A stretch of 64,000 nt of DNA from Eledone cirrhosa. Its lineage: Eukaryota. Below are positions 53,452 through 64,000 of the stretch, piece after piece. The notes beneath the pieces were generated by a model. That model was not told the DNA's origin and searched no databases. It saw only the letters and a list, made by a program, of their open reading frames with translations. The translations under genes and the position numbers were made by a program. The stretch is taken from positions 162,936,001 to 163,000,000 of the forward strand of contig OZ024743.1 in assembly GCA_964016885.1 (NCBI GenBank). The letters are read 5' to 3'. Within the stretch, counting starts at the first letter, position 1; every line of letters begins with the position of its first letter.

Positions 53452-54604
53452 AAGACAAAAAATTTACTTTATATTTTTTTTTATTCAAATGTCTATGTTT
53501 TTGCTTATTTGATATCAGTTCTTTTTAAGCTTACTTTTTTAAAATCTGAACTTCATTTGAATATATAAAATTTAATTACCTTAAAATGTTACTTATGTGA
53601 TAGGGTCCGGGAAAGGCACCATAAGCAAGACTAACATGCTCCTTTAAGAATCAACAAATGTTGGTTTGTCCCCCTCACATTTTAAAGGCAAACGAGACCC
53701 CTGAGTACAAGCCTTCCAGCACTAAAAGGCTTTTGGAGCTTAAACGGAAACTTGGGTTTTACTAAACTGATTTTCTATTGACTCTAAATATGTTAATATG
53801 ATCATGTTTTAAATTTCTTGTATTGGTGATAAACAAGCGTGAGCTAATAATAGTACACATGTACAGTATATAAATTCCCCTATCCCAAAACTTTAACAGA
53901 AACTCGAGAGTAAAGCGTTATTTTATCTTCTATATTTGCACATTTTTAGAAACTTCAATGTGAAACCTCTGGTGCTTTGGGGTTAACATCCTTGGTTAAA
54001 TCAACACTGCTGGATGAACTGGATCCTGTCAACGTCTTTTTTAAAGCAATTTATCCAAAATATAGGGAAGTCATGTGATTATATTCATTTTAGATTTTAA
54101 TAAACATGAGCAAGGCCGAGTACGGCTGCGAGTGTATGTGTGCATATGCATTATTGGCCATTTGTATATATGGTGAGACAATGTAGTTGTGCATCACTGG
54201 TCTGTCATGGAAGTGATTTCTCCACTGCCTAAGCTTGAACTGGGACATCCTGAATATCCTTGACGGTAAAATCCCACTACCACCTAAGGAGTACAGAGAA
54301 GTATGTTTGGTATCAGTTTAGCTGCAGAATTTGCCAGAATACTCTTGAGTTGAATACCAGACTACTTTGGGGGCTATGAATTTATTATAGGGTTCACTAC
54401 CTAGACTTTGTCTCTCAAAATGGCGATTCATAATTCTAGGCAGGGACCCATACCAGGTACTTTCAGCTGAATCCGGGATTCTTTCAAACCGGCAATTCAA
54501 GTATACTTACCCACATATTTTTTTTAAAATGAAATACTTGTTGAAGACAGTTTATTTATGATAAAAACTGTATAAACATGATATTATTTACAGTAAAAAT
54601 AATA

Positions 54605-54895
54605 ATTGTTTCTACTTTTGGCACAAGACCAGCAATTACCCAGAACATTACTGGTACTTTATTTTATCGACCCTGTAAGGATGAAAGGCAAAGTTAACCT
54701 TGGAAAATAATAATGGTTTCTTATATAGGCACAAGGCCGGCAATTTTGGGGGAGGGGAAAGTCGATTAAATCGACCCCAGTGCGTGACTAGTACTTTAAA
54801 TAATCGACCCCGTAAGGATGAAAGGAAAAGCTAATCTTGGCGGGATTTGAACTCTATGCTGCAAAGCAAGGTGTCTGACGTTCTACCGATACTGC
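54605..54895 (-). mobile_element. Two tRNA-derived SINE copies
   Basis: Reverse complement of the conserved core. Confidence 0.75.
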
Positions 54896-55222
54896 TAGTA
54901 CACCAAAAAAGAATAGGGAAATATAGAGAGAAAAGAGAGAAAGAAAGAAGAAAAAGAACGGGAAGGGGACGGACCAGAAAACCTATACTTGTTTGCGGAG
55001 TACTTTTACTAAATATAAGATTCTGAGCTGAGATGAAACATCCTTGTCTGTAACTAATTGTGCACATTTCCAGTGTTTTCTCTTCTTTCTGGCAGTTTTA
55101 TTTATTCCCTTTGTGAATCATGAGCATTAACTATTTTAATTGGAATACAATTTATGCTACAACTCTAAAAAACAAAATACAAAGTCTACATATGTATTGA
55201 GTTCTTATTAAGGTAGCTGTCA

Positions 55223-55282
<60 letters not shown>

Positions 55283-55469
55283 GATAAATCTACCAAAAGT
55301 TTACGGTAGTGTCCAATCCGTATGAAGAACTCAATGTAATCCGGATATCATGAAAAGAGAAGATGCATTCAAAAACTACTTTCGGTGAAAAATAAACGGA
55401 AAACAGAGTCAAGATAAATTAATAAAATAATGAATAAACTAAGAAACAGTTCCTTATATTAAAAAAAAT

Positions 55470-55611
55470 TCATCATTTTACGATCGTTTCTAGGATATAT
55501 ATGTGTTAGAGTTGGTATGCATATTCTATAGATCTATGTACAATATTTATACAAACTATCAGAGGGAATATACATACCTACACATATATATGCTGTCTTC
55601 AGAAATAATGA
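55470..55611 (-). ncRNA. Hammerhead ribozyme with extended stem II (family C)
   Basis: Minus: TCATTATTT-CTGAAGA-~105-nt hairpin-GAAA-CGATCG-TA-AAATGATGA; 9-bp stem I, palindromic stem III, GUA site. Confidence 0.82.
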
Positions 55612-56273
55612 TATTTGTTTATTGAAAAAAACAAAGATTCAATACAATAGGTCTGTTTGGGAACAGGTTTTGAATTGACCAATCAGGAGATAGTGAGGGT
55701 CAAGATAGTAATATAGTAATAGAAGAACCTTAAATTATGGGTAGAGGAAGGTAGATTTCAGTTTGGGATGGAAAAGAATATTATGAATGAAGGATTATTT
55801 TGCTGACCTCAGAAATAATTTTATTTGTTCATTGAATAAAACCAACGAAGATCTAATATATTCTATCTGTTTGGTAAGAGGTTTAGAGTTAACCAATAGA
55901 AAGTTAATAATTGGCCAAATGGTAAAATAGTAGTAATTGAAGCTTATTTTAGGGGTGAAAATAGGTCAGGTGGTCAGTGAAAGGTATACAAGCAGTTGCT
56001 GTTATAAAATAGTAATGCCAATACAAATATCTAAGGTGACCAAAGTTTTAAGATAAGAATGTTAGTGAAAAAAATACATCTATGAAAAGAATATAAAATT
56101 AATTTAATTGATGGGTATATTTATATTGATAAAATTATACTAATACATATAGATATGATAAATAAGAGTTAGATGCAGTTGAAAAGTGCTGTTAAAGATG
56201 AGGGGAAATTAAAAGAATATAAAAATAATATATATATATATATACTTATACACATATATATATATACATATAT

Positions 56274-56363
<90 letters not shown>

Positions 56364-56414
56364 TTATATATATATATATACATATATATACACATACACA
56401 CACACACATACACA

Positions 56415-56498
<84 letters not shown>

Positions 56499-56910
56499 TG
56501 CATATATACATACATACACATATATATACACATACATACACACTTATATATACATATAATTATGGGTGGGGGGGGATTACATTTATTAGTGAGAAATAGT
56601 AAATATATATAGTTTTCAAGGAACATAGAGTCATAACCTGAAGTTAAAGCATTATATATGTTTACTTAATGGTATCAGTTTTAGGAAATGATATTTGTAA
56701 GAAGGAAAGCAAAATTATGTAGTTCATCAGTAGTAGAATATTAATTATAGGTTAACTAAATTAAAAATAGTTTATATATTAATTTCTAAAGTGTATATTA
56801 ATTAGGTTTATAATATTTAAAGCAGAATTATGTAGTTCATCAGTAGTAGAATATTAATTATAGGTTAACTAAATTAAAAATAATTTATATATTAATTTCT
56901 AAAGTGTATA

Positions 56911-57574
56911 TTAATTAGGTTTATAATATTTAAAGGTTTTTCTCAGTTTATGATTACACGATATTATTAATTCCTGTCGCTTATTTAATAGGATATCCTT
57001 AGATTTCATTATTTCGAAAAGTTCTTGGGAACATAATCTACATTCATTTCTACTATTTTGATAAGGGGTGGCCCTTTTGAGCACACTCCAGGTCAGGTCA
57101 TATTCTATATTCCTCTTTCTATAACTATTAATTATTTCAGCTAGAGATGTTGTATTAGCTAGTGCGGCATTTTTAAAACTATGTTTGTGGGTATTAAATC
57201 TTACCTTAAAATTGTTAGAGGTAGCTCCTATATATGAATAAATTGAGTCCTTAGTGTTAACTTTACATTTATATACTATGTTATTAACAAGGCAATTTCC
57301 TTTTAATGGACAGTTTGCCTTTTTTCTACAGTTACAACTTTTCGTGAATCCTGTATCTGAGGAGATATTATGGTTAGTTTGATGTACTGGTGGTATACTC
57401 ATTGTTTTTTTACATGTATATGCATTATAGGCACTTATATTTTGTTTTATGTTTTTGGTTGTTGAGTAGGAGAATTTAACCGTTGATCTATTTAAGATTT
57501 GATGGTATTTGTGGTTTGGCGGGAAGTTTTTCTCTAGGATATTAAAGAATTTTTTAGGTATATTATCCTTTTTT
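56911..57574 (-). CDS. PLE RT C-terminus, CxCx5Cx5C linker and GIY-YIG endonuclease (5'-truncated, open)
   Basis: FPPNHKYHQILNRSTVKFSYS...CNCRKKANCPLKGNC..NIVY...YIGAT..FKVRFNTH...CRLCSQE...LNKRQE..SCNH. Confidence 0.88.
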
Positions 57575-58717
57575 AGGTTATGACTCTATGTTCCTTGAAA
57601 ACTATATATATTTACTATTTCTCACTAATAAATTTAATGCCCCCCCCCCCCAATAATTATATGTATATATAAGTGTGTATGTATGTGTACATATATGTGT
57701 ATGTATGTATATATGCATGTATGTATATATATATATAAACTCTAAGCTATTTATCACTGCTCCCCAAGGTGAGCTGAATTTTGTAATCCCATACAAACGG
57801 CTGTTATTTCTAGCACTATGTGTGGGACGTTAGAGGACTGGAATAAGCCGTGTGCAAAACCTCGTGTATTTTCGCTACGCTAACCAGACCTTAGATATTT
57901 TTCTAAGGTTGAGTTATTTTATTTTTATCTGGGTGCCTATTGATAAACACAGAAAAAGTTGATTAACTCACTGCTAATTAGTTAATTATTTTACTATTAT
58001 ACCATCCTTTGTGAAACATGTTTGATATATATATATGTGTGTGTATGTGTATATATATGTATATATATATATGTGTATAAGTATATATATATATATATAT
58101 ATATATTATTTTTATATTCTTTTAATTTCCCCTCATCTTTAACAGCACTTTTCAACTGCATCTAACTCTTATTTATCATATCTATATTAGTATAATTTTA
58201 TCAATATAAATATACCCATCAATTAAATTAATTTTATATTCTTTTCATAGATGTATTTTTTCACTAACATTCTTATCTTAAAACTTTGGTCACCTTAGAT
58301 ATTTGTATTGGCATTACTATTTTATAACAGCAACTGCTTATATACCTTTCACTGACCACCTGACCTATTTTCACCCCTAAAATAAGCTCCAATTACTACT
58401 ATTTTACCATTTGGCCAATTATTAACTTGCTATTGGTTAACTCTAAACCTCTTACCAAACAGACAGAATATATTAGATCTTTGTTGGTTTTATTCAATGA
58501 ACAAATAAAATTATTTCTGAGGTCAGCAAAATAATCCTTCATTCATAATATTCTTTTCCATCCCAAACTGAAATCTACCTTCCTCTACCCATAATTTAAG
58601 GTTCTTCTACTACTATATTACTATCTTGACCCTCACTATCTCCTGATTGGTCAATTCAAAACCTGTTCCCAAACAGACCTATTGTATTGAATCTTTGTTT
58701 TTTTCAATAAACAAATA

Positions 58718-58859
58718 TCATTATTTCTGAAGACAGCATATATATGTGTAGGTATGTATATTCCCTCTGATAGTTTGTATAAATATTGTACATAGATCTA
58801 TAGAATATGCATACCAACTCTAACACATATATATCCTAGAAAAGATCGTAAAATGATGA
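58718..58859 (+). ncRNA. Hammerhead (family C) inverted copy with stem III mutated (AGATCG)
   Basis: Mirror of 55470-55611 with one C>A change that breaks the palindrome. Confidence 0.6.
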
Positions 58860-58958
58860 ATTTTTTTTAATATAAGGAACTGTTTCTTAGTTTATTCATT
58901 ATTTTATTAATTTATATATATATATATATATAGTTATGTAATAAACAACATAAGATAA

Positions 58959-59026
58959 TTATTTCATTTACCAGTGGTTTCTTGAAGACTGATATTTATG
59001 CCTGTCTTCATTCATCAGAAAAATAA
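58959..59026 (-). ncRNA. Hammerhead ribozyme (family D)
   Basis: Minus: TTATTTTT-CTGATGA-A-TGAAGAC..GTCTTCA-A-GAAA-CCACTGG-TA-AATGAAATAA. Confidence 0.7.
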
Positions 59027-59698
59027 TATGAAATATTTATTTAATATGGATTTGAAAACAGAGTTTAGGATAAATGAAAGTGAGGCTGAAATAAAATAAC
59101 AGGCAAAAAATTGAGGGGAAAAAATATATAAATAAATATCCAAAACAAACATACACATACTCAAACTCACGCATATACGTAATAGAACGTAAACGTATAC
59201 ACATAAGTATATGTGCGTCTACATGGAAATACAAATACACACATATAAACGTGTAATCTTAAATGCGCACACACAGGCGGACATACACACAGGTACTCAG
59301 AAATAACGTATAAATATATATATACACATGCACATCTCTCCATACATATATATATAAGGCATACGTCAAGACGGGCGGTCTCAAAAGTGAAACTAATTTT
59401 TGACAATTACGATTGTGAATTTGTTTGTTTTTTTAAAACAGGTCTCAATAGTGAAAGTATAATGCAGACACACGCAATTGTATGGATTTCTTAATATATA
59501 TATGTGTGTGGGTGTGTATATGTGTGTATATATATGTGTGTGTGTATGTATATATATATGTGTGTTTGTATATATATATGTGTTTGTGTCATCATCATCG
59601 TTTAACGTCTATCTTCCACGCAAGCATGGGTTTAGACGTATATATATGTTTGTGTGTATATATGTGTTTGTGTGTATATATATGTGTGTTTGTGTGTA

Positions 59699-60381
59699 TA
59701 CTAAAATTTCACTCCAACTAATTAGTTTCTGAAAGGGAATAAACATAAACTAATTAGTTGGAGTGAAATTTTAGTAAGAAAGTTAATTTTTATAATTTTC
59801 TTATTTTACGTCTTTCATATTATTGTTCTGCATCCCCGTGCATTGAACCACAAAGTTACTAAGACAAAACCTATATATTTGCTGGCATAGGTATGCATCT
59901 ATATATATATGTTAGTAGATATACTAATTCTTTATAATTACCTCCAAATTATTTTGTTGAGCCAAAATTGACCAAAACTGCTACTATAGTTCATAGTAAT
60001 GGTTCGGCTGCTGTCTTCTTAACAAACCACTCCTCACTGATTAACCTCGATGTCACGTGATTGATTCTTTTGAATTTGCCACCGACGTAGTAGGCAGTGA
60101 TTTTTTCAATGTCTTGGAACTTAGTCCACGCTTTGCTTTTTTCCATCCACTGAATTATTTTTGTATAAGTTCCCTGTGTCCACGCATTGCCTGGAAACTT
60201 AGCTGAGAATAGACTTCCCTGATGACGAAAGGCTTCTCCGTACGTTTCTTCGGAAACTATGTTTATTCCCTTTCAGAAACTAATTAGTTGGAGTGAAATT
60301 TTAGTAAGTAAGTTAATTTTTATAATTTTCTTATTTTACGTCTTTCATATTATTGTTCTGCATCCCCATGCATTGAACCAC
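59699..60381 (+). mobile_element. Non-coding PLE-like or retrozyme-like mini-element (inverted stub, direct repeats, hammerhead)
   Basis: 59699-59747 is the reverse complement of 60258-60306; 59747-59851 repeats directly at 60277-60381. Confidence 0.7.
60215..60293 (+). ncRNA. Hammerhead ribozyme (family E)
   Basis: TTCC-CTGATGA-C-GAAAGG...CCTTTC-A-GAAA-CTAATTAG-TT-GGAG; palindromic stem III, short stem I. Confidence 0.68.
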
Positions 60382-60451
60382 TCTACTACCTCAAGTATTG
60401 AGTACTTTGGTGCGTTATGGTCCACCTGGTTCCTTACCACATTTCCTTCGT

Positions 60452-60482
<31 letters not shown>

Positions 60483-60909
60483 TGCCCCCTCGTTATCGTG
60501 TATGGCCATTGCACGATATACCATTATTAATAATTATTAATTCATTCTATCGTGCAATGCCTGTTCGTGAACATATTTTTTAAAGTGAGTAAAGACTGTG
60601 CACTGAGCCAATCCCACTCTCTGAGCAACAGTAGCTATAACAAGAATAGAAGAAAAGATCAACATCATCGGTAATTACTGAGCCGCAGGTTTTATATTGG
60701 AGTTATCCCAGTTTCCTGAGTTGCCTTCTCCTAGAAGAATGCCCTGACAAAGGCTAGGGGTCCTTCACTCCCAGTGGTTTAACTGCGTGACTAGGTGTCC
60801 AGCCCGACTATTTCTATGTCCTCCGCGCATATACATACATATGCACCCATGTATATACACATATACATATACATACATATGTACATGTGTATATACATAT
60901 TTACACACT

Positions 60910-61100
60910 TTTGGATGGCCGTTGACTCTTATGGGTTCTTCCGCCCTTTGTCAGGTTTTGCTTTTTGTCCTGCAGGGTGTCCAAAATCACCCTCCTCACC
61001 AAGTAAACTTAGTGGGGTTGCCGGTTTAGTCGCCGACGACCCAACCATGCGACAGGTTGTACTGGGTTACATGTTACCAGTAGCACTGAAGAGTGACCCG
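60910..61100. repeat. Dispersed repeat (also at ~61595-61770 and inverted at ~6785-6950)
   Basis: Shared TTTGTCCTGCAGG.TGTCCAAA.TCACCCTCCTCACCAAG...GTACTGGG.TACATGTTAC. Confidence 0.75.
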
Positions 61101-61810
61101 ACATAAATATATATACATACATACATATATATATACATACATACATATATATATACATACATACATATATACATACATACATATATACATACATACATAT
61201 ATACATGGTGGCTGCCAACTCGTTTTCGAGTACGGCCACTACTTTATATCCATGTAGGAGAACCCCTACCGATGCGCTGAACAAGTGTGACTTTTTAATC
61301 CAGCCAGCGACTTGAACACTCTAGTACAAACACTACACTTGTGACAATTATTGACACATAGTGCTGGGCCCATGGTACCATGTGATGACAAGTGCAGAGA
61401 GATCTCCAGATATAAAGCAATGCCTGTGCCATGAAGCTTTTATAGTGAGTAAAGGTACTGCATAAAGCCAGTCCCACTCTCTTAACCAAGATGATATTTA
61501 CCAAAAAGAAGAACAAGTCAACATCATTGGATACCATCAGGGTTGCAGGTGTTATATCAGAGTTTTCCTTCTCCTAGAATTCTGCCTTGCTTTTGGATGG
61601 CCATTGACTCTTAAGAGCTCCTTTGCCCTTTGACAGATTTTGTTTTTAGTCCTGCAGGATGTCCAAAGTCACCCTCCTCACCAAGAAACCTTGGTGGGGT
61701 TGCCAGTTTAGTCGCCAACAACCCGACCATGGGACAGTTTGTACTGGGATACATGTTACTGGTGACCTGACATACATACATACTTACATACATACATATA
61801 TATATACATG

Positions 61811-62760
61811 ATGGCTGCAAACTCTTGCAATCGCTTGTCAGATTCAGATGTGGGATGCTTGGATATGGCTTTTCAAACCTGCTAGAGACTTGCACTCTTT
61901 CACACACTGACGACAACTATGGATCTCTCTGGCTTGAGGTCATGCATCAGGTTGCCCGTGAACCCTCACAACATCGTGGAGATCATAGTTCACTGGTTCT
62001 CTTTGAACATGGCTGCGACTGTGGCTCCTGAGACCAGATTTGCTCAAGCAAATTTTTCCACACTCAGGGCACTTCAATTCAATGGAGACACCGATCGTTT
62101 CGAGAGATACACCAGGGCATTGCTTACGCACATCCCATTTGATCTTCTCGTGCTCTATGCGTCTGTCCTCAAAATTATGGACCCCATCATTCACCATTCC
62201 ACGCCAAGTTTCTCTTTCAAGAGCTTCTATCTCCCAGTCAGCCATCATCAAACCAGTTTTTTTCAATGTGTCCTTTACGCAATCCTTGAATCGGAGCTTT
62301 GGTTTGTGAGGTGGTCTCTTACCCCCACAAAGCTCGCCATACAAGAGTTGTTTTGGGATTCGATCATCCTCCATTCTTCCGAGGTGTCTGGTCCATCGCA
62401 AACGCCGTTGATGGATGATACTCTCAATGCTCCGACACTCACTTCTCTCAAGGACCTCAAAATCACTCACATGCATCTGCCACTTGATTCCGAGCATCTT
62501 TCTGAGACACTGCTGGTGAAACCGTTCCAGTCTGTGGATATGCTGTTTGTAGGCAACCCATGTCTCACATGCATACAACAAAGCTGACAGTACACATGCA
62601 GCATACACTCTCACCTTGGTCCTCATTGTGATTCCTCGCCTGCACCAAAGACGGTTGTTGAGCCTTCCAAATGACTCACTTCCCCTACTAACACATAGAC
62701 CAACATCTGCATCCAGAGAGCAGGTCACACTCAGAATACTCCCCAAATTATCAATTGAGA
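61811..62760 (-). mobile_element. 5'-truncated RTE LINE
   Basis: ORF 61940-62893: LGS, LLYACETW, LERFHQQCLR, RLRW..H..RM...RIPKQLLYGEL, C-terminal C2H2 finger. Confidence 0.9.
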
Positions 62761-62795
62761 TTGGGAGACGGTAGAAGGATAATAAAGAGAATGAG

Positions 62796-63636
62796 AGAGG
62801 GATGTGTAGAAGTATGAAGTTGGAGGGTGAGATGTGATAGGGATCAGGAGCTGTAAGGTCTGAAACAGCTGCTGTATTTGGTTGGTGTTGCATTTTCGGC
62901 CAATGCTGTGGAATGAGTGGAAGATACTAAGTAGGAATTGTTGAAATTGTGGAGTTGGGTAGTAAAAGGTAGTACAGCTGCTGTGATTGGTTAGTATAGC
63001 ATGGTCGGCTAATGCTATCTTTAAGTTGGTGGGGTGGGGGTGCTGAGGCTGCAGAGGGCCGATGGGCTGCCTCGGGGTGGGCGATGGGGGAAGGGAAAAA
63101 CGAGCGAGGAGGGGGATCGATGGTGGAAGGAAGTGATGGGAGGGGACGGGAGGAAGAGGAAAGCATGGGGGGGGGGGGGGGGGCAGGTACATCTGCCTAT
63201 GTAAGCTGAGGTTTCCCCTATCTTGTTCGGCAAGTGGGGTTTTTCAGCCCTTGTTTTCTTCTTCCCCCTGTCTCCTCCTTTCACTTCCTTCCACCGTCGA
63301 TCTTCTTCCTCGTTCGTTTTTTTTCCCCTTTCGCCTACCCCGAGGCGGCCCATCGGGCCTCTGTATCCTCGGTACCCCCACCCCAGTAGCTTGAAGATGG
63401 CATTGGCCGATTGCGCTAACTAATCATAGCAGCTGTGTTGGACCCCAGAGATTTTGTATTGCTTTTTGCTGCCCAATTCTACAATTTCAATAATTCTTGT
63501 TTGGTGTCTTCTATTCTCAACTCATTCTACAGGATTGGCCGAAGGAGCAGCACCGACTAGATGTAGCGGGTATTTTGGACTTTGTAGTTTTTGTTTTTTG
63601 TCACATCTCACTTTCCATGTTTTTGTGTATCTTTCT
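62796..63636 (+). ncRNA. Candidate long G·U-rich hairpin RNA (arms ~62796-63170 and ~63247-63636)
   Basis: Arms pair almost continuously only if G·U is allowed on the + strand; hand alignment gives roughly 70 G·U versus about 3 A·C positions. Confidence 0.7.
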
Positions 63637-63669
63637 GTATGTACATAAATCTGTATACATACCCGCACA

Positions 63670-63789
<120 letters not shown>

Positions 63790-64000
63790 AGAAAGTAAGT
63801 CCATATAATCATTTGATAAAATATATACAGTATTTCTCCTCCCAATCAGCATAATCAACTACATAAAAAATCAATTAAACGGGGCTATAAGTTTAAAATG
63901 TACCTATGAAGAAATAATAGATAAATAAATGATAGCTATTTATCCACGATCAACAGCCACAGAAGATTTACCTAGTATTTCTAATAGCCCGTAGAAACTG

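Larger units (their letters stand above)
55417..58912 (-). mobile_element. Naiad-type Penelope-like element with ~1.2-kb inverted pseudo-LTR
   Basis: Arms 55417-56639 and 57575-58912 are near-identical reverse complements (the right arm has an insert at ~57740-58025) flanking a GIY-YIG ORF. Confidence 0.88.

Noticed and set aside
56169-56626. YI/HT/CV-repeat ORFs (also near 39860, 59478, 63497-63858)
   Set aside because: Translations of (TA)n/(CA)n microsatellites.
49999-57340. Selenocysteine (in-frame TGA) recoding reported for some Naiad PLEs
   Set aside because: The CxCx5Cx5C cysteines in both ORFs are ordinary TGT/TGC codons; the stop at 50236-50238 is TAG within a 39-bp duplication.
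62731-63423. Pro-rich and Gly-rich ORFs over the G·U hairpin
   Set aside because: Low-complexity by-products of the purine-rich and pyrimidine-rich arms; no recognisable domain.

Overview
AT-rich, repeat-dense animal genomic DNA, not prokaryotic; the SINE/LINE complement and long (TA)n tracts suggest a mollusc, probably an octopus (inference). Two spliced host genes converge tail-to-tail: the last five coding exons of ORC2 (+, 3444-10040) and three coding exons of MRPS36/KGD4 (-, 21878-14797; first exon unresolved). The rest is mostly transposon debris: RTE, CR1, CRE-like and Tx1/L1 LINEs, a mariner fragment, MITEs, non-autonomous Helitrons, tRNA-derived SINEs and Naiad-type Penelope-like elements (PLEs). 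Highlights: (1) an ~840-nt fold-back at 62796-63636 whose arm differences are almost all G·U wobbles on the + strand, in an ADAR-like neighbour context; (2) nine type-I hammerhead ribozyme motifs of about five sequence families within ~25 kb, two of them in a 336-bp spacerless palindrome; (3) hAT ends with a matching 8-bp TSD 19.5 kb apart, enclosing a deep nest of other elements; (4) a minisatellite born from LINE coding sequence at a deletion junction. All alignments and counts were done by eye.
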